This document shows, in pieces, positions 56,787-64,000 of a stretch of DNA of 64,000 bases. Made by a program: the position numbers and the translations under genes. How positions within the stretch are numbered: the stretch's first letter is position 1; each line of letters begins with the position of its first letter. The stretch lies in assembly GCA_000004985.1 (NCBI GenBank), contig GG738892.1, one strand, 5' to 3'. The notes beneath the pieces were generated by a model that worked only from the letters and a program-made list of their open reading frames with translations, made no database searches and was not told where the DNA came from. The stretch comes from Naegleria gruberi (lineage: Eukaryota).

Positions 56787-58803
56787 TTAAGGGTTTATTT
56801 TGTCATTGTCAATAGTATCCTCCTCTTGATTTTCTGCTTGTTGAGATTCATCATTTCCAAGCATTTGCTTTAGAGCTAAATTCTTGTAAATACCATTCTC
56901 AATATTAAGTAATTGTTGATGAGTTCCCATTTCTCTAATAACTCCTTTTGTCAAAACACAAATAACATCAGAATTGATGACAGTTGTCAAACGGTGAGCT
57001 ATGCAAATGGTTGTTCTGTTTTTCATCAAATTTTCTAAAGCTTGTTGGACTAATCTTTCAGATTCAGTATCTAGAGCAGATGTTGCTTCATCCAATAGCA
57101 AAATCTTTGGATTTTGTAACAAAGCTCTCGCAATTGCAACTAATTAACAAGATTACAAAAAATTTGAAAACTAAATTCAACTTACTTCTTTGTTTTTGAC
57201 CTCCTGAAAGAGAAACTCCCTTCTCACCCAACATGGTATCATAACCATCATGTAAATCCATAATAAATTGATGTGCATTGGCCAACTTGGCAGCTTGTTC
57301 AATTTCTTCTTGTGAAACATTCTCAACTCCAATAGCATAGGCTATATTGTATCTGATTGACTTGGAAAAGAGAACTGGTTCCTGTTCGACAATTCCAATT
57401 TGTTTGTGAAGGAAAATAGGATCCAAATCAGTCAAATCTTCACCGTCCAAGAAAATTCTTCCTTGTTGAGGAGAATAGAAGCGTTCCAATAGACCAACCA
57501 CAGTTGACTTACCAGAACCTGATGGTCCTACTAAAGCAACTGTTTGTCCTTGTTTGATTTTCAATGAGAAATCTGTCAAAACTTGTTGTTGAGGACGAGA
57601 AGGATAAGTGAAACAAACTTTCTCAAAATCAATATTTCCTCTTATTTGGTCAACTGGAATTTGCTTTCCTCCGCTGATAGGAATTGCAGGTTTTCTCAAT
57701 ATAACCTTCAAAAGATGTGTTTCACTAACGTATGACTTCATTAATTGAGGAAAGAAAGTAGCCGATCTAATCAATGAAATGCAACCAATAAGCATCATTC
57801 CAAAAACTTGAAACAATGAAGCCAAACTAGTCAATCCTAAAACAGCTTGATGTCCCGAATACCAAAATGTCAAAGCAACAGTTCCCCAAACAACAACTGC
57901 AGCAAATCCAAAGGCAACTCCATGAACTGTGCTTCTAATAAAACCAACCTTATTCAACTCTTTCAATTCAATGCCATATCTAGTCAACTCTGTCTTTTCA
58001 CCTGCCATTGAGCGAATAGTTCTGAGACAAGTTGTAATTTCATTGGCAACTCCAGCACTTGTTCTTGTTAACAAGGTCATCTTCTTAATGAGATGGGTGG
58101 AAATAATGGACATGGTTGTGTGTGATATTAATGTGAGTGGAATGGTTGATATGAATAATAATGTCATTTTCCAATCACAAACAAGTGATAAAATTAAACC
58201 AACAATGAATTGCATGATTTCTTGCATGAAAATGTTGAATTCATTGGTAAAGACATCTTGAATTTTGGGAATATCTTCAGTGAGACAACTCATAAGGGAA
58301 CCAATCTTTCTGATTTCGAAAAAGTGTACTTCTTGTTGAATGAGTGCTGACATGTATGCTTCTCTCAAACTAATCATATTCGAAACATGTATATTAGAAA
58401 GAGTTTTTTCATACTATGATACTTACCTTGTGCCAATTCTAACATTAGCCCAATTTTGAAAAAGTTGTTGAATTAAAAAACCAACTCCACCACAAAAAGC
58501 AATAATGGTCAACTTGACACAAACTTGATCTACACTTTCGCCTAACATTTCTTGATTACTATTGGCATTAGTAAATGTCTTGATTAAATCTCCAAGAACA
58601 TAATTCACAATAACTGGAATCACACCATAGCCAGTTGATCCAACAGTTCCAATCAATAGAATAATCCAATTGAAACCAATAATTTGAAATATTTTCAAAT
58701 GAGAAAACAAATTAATCTTTGGTTCTCTTTGGTCTTGAATTTCAGTTTTGTTTTTGTCAACAGCAATACTTTTAACCATTTTTTTTTTCTTTAATCTTCT
58801 CAT
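56787..58803 (-). CDS. ABC transporter, ABCB-type half transporter (TMD-NBD). Exons are 58427..58803, 57186..58369 and 56787..57139, with introns at 58370..58426 and 57140..57185.
   Basis: ABCB TMD with [23 protein letters not shown] spanning intron 1. Walker [11 protein letters not shown]-loop, and the signature with Walker B spliced as [32 protein letters not shown] across the 46-nt GTAAGT..ATTAG intron. H-loop AHRL. Confidence 0.85.
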
Positions 58804-59257
58804 TTTCGAATAAGTTTATCTTGTTTAAATAGAAATATTACAAGAGCTGCATCTTAATTGACTTAGTGCGTTCACACGGACACGATATAAATGGTAAAAT
58901 TTTGGTAATGTATGGGGTCCGTGCAGAGTTTCTTCAAATTTGATAGATTAGTCCGTCATTATCCAATGAAACTCACTTGTTTCTTTCTTGAGGAGAATTA
59001 CAGAGTTCACCATCGTTGATAAACAAAAGTCTTGTAATGTTTCGTCTACAGTTCATTTACAAACAATTGCACCGTTTGAAAAGTCCGTTGCTCTCCCGTC
59101 ATGATTTGATGGAATTCCAAAGGAAGTTTTCAAAGTATGTGCATGAAAATATATTTGGACAATTTATTTTTTTAGCTTTACAAATGACAAATCTTTTTTG
59201 AACTTTAAAACCAAATCATTGCTCTGGTTCAGTTTCAATATCAAAATCAAAAAAATG

Positions 59258-61141
59258 AATCGGTTCATTTCGTATTTGTTTCTTCTGGCTATTCTATTTG
59301 TTTTTTATAAGCCAGTTCAATGTCAAACTATTGCAGTGATCAACAATTCATTGCAAGTTTATAATGGCGACAATGTTACCATTACAACAACCAATTTACA
59401 GTCAACTGTCAATGGAATTGTTGAACCACGTGTCATTTACACAGTTACTTCAGTTACCAATGCTCGTTTCCTCCGTTATAACACTACCTTTGGTTTCTAT
59501 CTCGATACCAACACTTTCTCTGTTGCCGATGTCACTAACGGACTTATTTTATTCTCCCATTTTGGTAATCAAGAACTCCCAACTTTTACCTTAAATGTCT
59601 ATGATCCATTTTACAATATTAGTACAACTGCTATTGGAAATATTGAATTCACAGCCTTCAGAAGAGGAACCATTGGTGCTCCACGTCCAGGTTTCTTTGC
59701 CAGTGTCGATCCAACTACCTTAATTGTCACACTCCGTATCAGAATGTATTTAAGAGTTTTCTCACCACCAGAAGTCAAATTCAACATTGGACTTTCTGCA
59801 TTGACAGCTTGTCAACAAACTGATTTAATTAGAGATGGATTTGTTTACAATGCAGGAACTTCCACTTACTGGTATAGTGATTATGTCCTTTCATTGCCAT
59901 TGTCAAGTTACTTGTCAAATCCAAATGTTCAACAAATTTCAACTGGAGGTGTCATTGATTTGGTTGCATTGATGTATGCTGAATACATGATTACTACTTA
60001 CACACCATTGCCATCTACTTCAACTGGTGGTGATGTTTATGTTGCTCCACCAATTTCTGGAACTTGTTACAAAGTCATTTATCAACAACGTTATATTTTG
60101 ACATTGGTTCTTCAAGTGACACGTGTCAGTTTTAATACTACTGGTGGAATTACCACTGGAGGTAATAACTGTACTGCTTATATACAACCAAAGAGAATTT
60201 TCGTTAATGATTTGGGTAAATTGGAAATTAGAATGATTGTTTGGACACTTTTGGCACCACCTGTCACATCATGGACAGTTACTGGACCATATTTCTTTAA
60301 TGTTACTGATGCCATATTCACTGGTACTGCAAATGGTTATTATCAATATACAATTGTAATGCAGTCAAATGTCATTAATGGACCAATCGACTTTTATGGT
60401 GATTATGTACTGACCTACTTATCCCCTGATGGATCTGGTTGTACAATTTCATATTCTTTACAATATGTGGTTCCTTACCCTGTCATTACTCAAGTTTTAC
60501 AATATAATACCACAGCTCAAACTTATGGAAATGCTGCCTTGACAATTGCTCAAACTCAATTCGCGGCAACTGACACTATCTATGTCAGAGTTGATGTTCC
60601 AGGTGCTCCTAGCGTTCCTTACATGACCATTTCCCCATACAATGTCATTATGTGTTGTTTCCTCGATTTCACAACCATTCCTGTCAATGTCGACTGTCGT
60701 AACGCTTCCAACTCTGATTTCAGTACTCAAATCTATATCAATGGAGTTCCTCAAAGCACTGGTGGTTTAAATGCTGCTACCCTTCCTCCTCCATCCACTT
60801 CCAGTTATGGTTTCCAATTCGATCTCCCATTTGCAATCAGAGATGGTCTCGATAGAAGATGTTTCCTAACCATCGAGTCTGCCTATTTACCTACAAATAC
60901 TACCACTGTTAGAAGTCTATTCAAGGAAGAAAATGTAGAAACTAGAAGTTTGGCAGCTAATCCTGTGGCTAATACCGTTGTTTCACTTACTTATCGTTTG
61001 TTTGATATCGTTCCAAAGTCAACTAAGGGAGGTGCTGGAGCAGGTGGTGTTGTCAGTGGAGCATTCTCAATTGTCAGAGGAGGTGGAAATATGTGGATTC
61101 TTTCCTTGACTCTAGTATTGATCAAGTTATTCATCTTGTAA
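59258..61141 (+). CDS. Secreted Thr/Ser/Tyr-rich surface protein with a C-terminal hydrophobic tail (GPI-anchor-like). No recognisable domain.
   Basis: Signal peptide MNRFISYLFLLAILFVFYKPVQC. A 600-aa region rich in T, S, Y, N and V with many N-x-T/S sites. The C-terminus GGAGAGGVVSGAFSIVRGGGNMWILSLTLVLIKLFIL looks like an omega-site followed by a hydrophobic GPI signal. The ATG follows an A7 run. Confidence 0.55.
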   Translation, partial: NRFISYLFLLAILFVFYKPVQCQTIAVINNSLQVYNGDNVTITTTNLQSTVNGIVEPRVIYTVTSVTNARFLRYNTTFGFYLDTNTFSVADVTNGLILFSHFGNQELPTFTLNVYDPFYNISTTAIGNIEFTAFRRGTIGAPRPGFFASVDPTTLIVTLRIRMYLRVFSPPEVKFNIGLSALTACQQTDLIRDGFVYNAGTSTYWYSDYVLSLPLSSYLSNPNVQQISTGGVIDLVALMYAEYMITTYTPLPSTSTGGDVYVAPPISGTCYKVIYQQRYILTLVLQVTRVSFNTTGGITTGGNNCTAYIQPKRIFVNDLGKLEIRMIVWTLLAPPVTSWTVTGPYFFNVTDAIFTGTANGYYQYTIVMQSNVINGPIDFYGDYVLTYLSPDGSGCTISYSLQYVVPYPVITQVLQYNTTAQTYGNAALTIAQTQFAATDTIYVRVDVPGAPSVPYMTISPYNVIMCCFLDFTTIPVNVDCRNASNSDFSTQIYINGVPQSTGGLNAATLPPPSTSSYGFQFDLPFAIRDGLDRRCFLTIESAYLPTNTTTVRSLFKEENVETRSLAANPVANTVVSLTYRLFDIVPKSTKGGAGAGGVVSGAFSIVRGGGNMWILSLTLVLIKLFIL

Positions 61142-61916
61142 TCAATTTACACATAATTTTCCTTTCACACAAATCACAAATTTAAATAAACGCATCATTT
61201 TCAATTTGTAATTTTTATGGTTGTGGAGATTCTCCCGTGTCTTACTACAGAACGGGAGAAGAGTATCCGCTTAATACTGCTGACAAACCAAAATAGAAAA
61301 TATTCAACACCGATACTTTTAATAAAATTGAATTTTCCAATTATATTTTCTTGTGTTATTTGGCTGATGAAGTTATTGATTCACTCCTTCAAGAGTAATT
61401 CAAAAATTATCAAACTCATTGTGAATATTTAAATAATAAAATTCTTGTTTTTTCTTTTAATTTCATTTCTTTCACCTTAAATCGAACAATTAACCTTATT
61501 TCCTTAAACATCATTAAGATCAAATTGAATTTCAAAGATAACTAACTTTTTCAACATCCACACATTATAGTGATCACACTCATATCAATTAATCCGTATT
61601 TTTAATAAACAATCAATTGAAGAAACCTAAGATCGTGAAAATCTTTCTTACGATTTATTTGAAGAGAGAGAAGAAAGAGAAATATGGAAAATGAAATCAT
61701 GATCCATTACATAGTTGTTTGTTACTCCAAGATTACAAAAGATTATCAAGAGTTTGGTTGAAGTTTCTAGACAACAATTTAAATATGCTATAAGAGAACC
61801 TTGCTCATCTCCTGCTACTGGTCTTCAATTTGTTCATCAAAAGGAAGTTAAGGATGTTATGAATGTTGCGCCTTTAATTATGATAAATTTGTTTATTCTT
61901 ATTGAATTACTGCATT

Positions 61917-63977
61917 TTACCAATTATCACCACAAGAACATTTTCCGTTTTCAAAATGATGAAAACGTGAAGCATCTCTTACAATAATTTTGCAGTTTCT
62001 GACTTTTGAGATATACTTTGTAGCATTATGGCAATCTCCACAAACTCTCAAATTGTTAGCAATTCTAATAGTGGAACCTTTTGGTTGGTGAATAAAAGCA
62101 TAGGCCATGGCCAATTTTTCTGAATGGCGACACAATAAATTCTTTTTCTCGTCGTCTGTAAATGTTCCGTGTTTAGTAACCCACCTTAAATCAGGCTCAT
62201 AGCCAGCATCAATCATTTCCTGAGTTAGTTTCATTAACTCTTCTTCTATTTGTTTAATTTCAGGGTGGTTTTTGTCGTTACTAACAAAACTATATGTTTT
62301 TCCATTGATTTCAATAGTTGTTACTCCCGGAATCTTCTTTGCATTTTCTGATTTCATTTCTTTTTTGAGAAGTTCTACCTCAAGGTCCTCACCAAAGTAC
62401 GAATAAATATTCGCTAGCAGGATATAATTGGACGAATCAGTTTTGTCTATTTCCTTTAAAATAGCAAAAGCCTTCCTTGCTCTCTCCAAATCATTATACT
62501 TTCTACATCCTCCTAAATAAGTACTCCACAATATTAATTCTTTGCTGTCACCAATTATTTTTTCTGCTTCTTCAAATAATCCAGAACGAACTAAACCATC
62601 CACCAAACAAGCTGTGTGCTTTATGGTTGGTTCGATATGATACTTGCTTGGCAGTTCTCTATAGAGATTAATGGATTTCTCAGGCATCATGTTGTGGCTG
62701 TATGCAGAAAGCATGTGAAGAAGAGTTTCTTCATTCGGTTCGAAGCCTTGCTCTATCATCTTGTCGAATATTACTTCTGCCTGTTTGGCTCTCCCATTTT
62801 GAGCACATGTTGCGAGTACTACGTTCCATGTAATGATTGAAATTGGGTATTCTCTTCGCAATAAATCTACAAATAACTCAAAGGTTTTCTCTATTTCTCC
62901 CATTTTACCATAAAAGTTTAGGATAGTATTGTGTAGTTCAATTTCCTGAAAATGATATTTTTCAGCAATTTGATGTATTTCAATACCTTGCTTCAAAGAT
63001 ATACCATCAGAATATAAAGAAAGCATTGATATCAGTGAAATATAATCAAAATTTTTCAATCTTAACATTTCTTCAAAAGTTTCTTTTGCCCTATCATAGA
63101 TTTTGAAAACAGAGTAGAATTTAAGTATAGAATTACGCAATTCCAAACCACATTCAAAAAGTGGTGGCAGTAGTGCAATAATTTCTTCTCCTTCTTTTTT
63201 CAGCAATTTGTTTGTACACTCATTTAGCATTACAATAAATGAAACTTCGGAAGTCTGTTTAGTTGACATCATGTTGTAAAAGAGAGAGAAGGCTTCTGAT
63301 ATTCTCTCATCTTTGAAGAGGATTTTTAGTATCGTATTACACATTGGAGTATCGGGATTCTTGAAAGAGTAGAAGGTCTCAATAGATCTCTCAACCTCCC
63401 CTAAGTTTGCGTAAAATGAAATTACAGAGTTCATAACAATAGGATCTTTGCATTGGTTTTGTTCTATTAAACCACATATTTCCTTTCCTCTCTCAAATAG
63501 GTTGTTAGAAATACAAGCATTCAGCATAATAACGAATGTGCTATTTGATGGCTCGGCAAGTCTACGAAAATTTTCAAAAGCAAGATCAATTTTACCGCTT
63601 GAAAGAAGAGCTTGTAAGTAACAATTCCAAGTTATTATATTCTTTTGAGGAGAATTAGTAAACAACTCAATAGCTGTTTCATATTGCCCACATGTGGAAT
63701 AAAAACTAATTAAACAAGTAATTAAAGTGATATCGTTAAGCAAATGTGGAAACAGTTCAACAATAATTCGGTGAATAGATTTTCCTCCTTCTAAATATTT
63801 GATTTTAGAGCAAGATTTGATGAGCGTTGTAAACAAAATAGCATCAGGAGAAACACTCATTTCCAACAAGATGTTCTTCACATCTTGCAAGCGATAATTC
63901 TCTATCAATTTTTCGGTTACTTTTGTTATATCTATTATTGTTGGTGCTTCCATTTGGTTGAATAGTCTAATTACCAT
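61917..63977 (-). CDS. Pentatricopeptide-repeat (PPR) protein with a C-terminal E/DYW-type cytidine-deaminase-like domain.
   Basis: Tandem roughly 35-aa helical repeats, for example ITWNCYLQALLSSGKIDLAFENFRRL and VSFIVMLNECTNKLLKKEGEEI. The C-terminus carries the DYW-domain signatures HSEKLAMAYAF (HxE) and CGDCHNATKYIS (CxxCH) and ends in a ...CSCGDNW tail. It is a single 686-aa ORF. Confidence 0.8.
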   Translation of the reverse strand: MVIRLFNQMEAPTIIDITKVTEKLIENYRLQDVKNILLEMSVSPDAILFTTLIKSCSKIKYLEGGKSIHRIIVELFPHLLNDITLITCLISFYSTCGQYETAIELFTNSPQKNIITWNCYLQALLSSGKIDLAFENFRRLAEPSNSTFVIMLNACISNNLFERGKEICGLIEQNQCKDPIVMNSVISFYANLGEVERSIETFYSFKNPDTPMCNTILKILFKDERISEAFSLFYNMMSTKQTSEVSFIVMLNECTNKLLKKEGEEIIALLPPLFECGLELRNSILKFYSVFKIYDRAKETFEEMLRLKNFDYISLISMLSLYSDGISLKQGIEIHQIAEKYHFQEIELHNTILNFYGKMGEIEKTFELFVDLLRREYPISIITWNVVLATCAQNGRAKQAEVIFDKMIEQGFEPNEETLLHMLSAYSHNMMPEKSINLYRELPSKYHIEPTIKHTACLVDGLVRSGLFEEAEKIIGDSKELILWSTYLGGCRKYNDLERARKAFAILKEIDKTDSSNYILLANIYSYFGEDLEVELLKKEMKSENAKKIPGVTTIEINGKTYSFVSNDKNHPEIKQIEEELMKLTQEMIDAGYEPDLRWVTKHGTFTDDEKKNLLCRHSEKLAMAYAFIHQPKGSTIRIANNLRVCGDCHNATKYISKVRNCKIIVRDASRFHHFENGKCSCGDNW

Positions 63978-64000
63978 TTCTAGATTTCCAGAAGTACAAT

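Noticed and set aside
61715-61987. A 90-aa plus-strand ORF overlapping the 3' end of the PPR-DYW gene.
   Set aside because: It partially overlaps the DYW domain's coding strand in antisense and has no motif. It is most likely spurious.
1-64000. Prokaryote-style features: operons, CRISPR arrays, rho-independent terminators, IS elements.
   Set aside because: The window is clearly eukaryotic nuclear DNA, with spliceosomal introns, a eukaryotic tRNA and monocistronic genes on both strands. I saw no direct-repeat/spacer arrays, transposase ORFs or terminal inverted repeats.

Overview
This looks like a compact, AT-rich (about 70% AT) eukaryotic nuclear region, not a prokaryotic one. The evidence is spliceosomal introns, a eukaryotic tRNA-Glu, and eukaryotic gene content, with no operon structure and no CRISPR. 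I count about 27 protein-coding genes on both strands, roughly one per 2.4 kb, plus one tRNA. Introns are GT..AG and mostly very short (40-57 nt, a few at 80-120 nt), usually with GTAAGT/GTATGT/GTGAGT donors and (A/T)TAG acceptors. Intergenic DNA is nearly pure A/T with homopolymer runs, and many start codons sit directly after an A7-8 run (aaaaaaaATG). I cannot fix the taxon without searches. The gene content is a DYW-type PPR protein, a receptor-type cyclase with a periplasmic-binding-protein ectodomain, many F-box/LRR proteins, poly-N tracts and an R-Ras-like GTPase with a GGGGVGKS P-loop. That mix suggests an amoeboid protist (heterolobosean or amoebozoan), with a compact AT-rich metazoan as the alternative. 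An assembly gap (N run at 36749-36798) with a flanking near-duplicate block, and a frameshifted LRR gene next to it, show this is draft sequence. I found no transposons, no rRNA, and no long repeats other than the gap-flanking duplication. Apparent start codons in the supplied ORF track are sometimes TTG or GTG; I re-derived the likely ATG starts and exon junctions by hand where I could, and the DENN and cyclase junctions remain uncertain. Main second-look items: the DYW-PPR gene, the cyclase with a PBP ectodomain fused directly to the catalytic domain, a BAH domain inside REV3, a protein combining a CH domain, filamin repeats and an IQGAP-type RasGAP domain, an F-box fused to an atypical Rab-like GTPase, a convergent pair of paralogous novel type I membrane proteins, a 1.6 kb ORF-free region with elevated GC, and several GC-rich hairpin elements in the otherwise AT-rich spacers.
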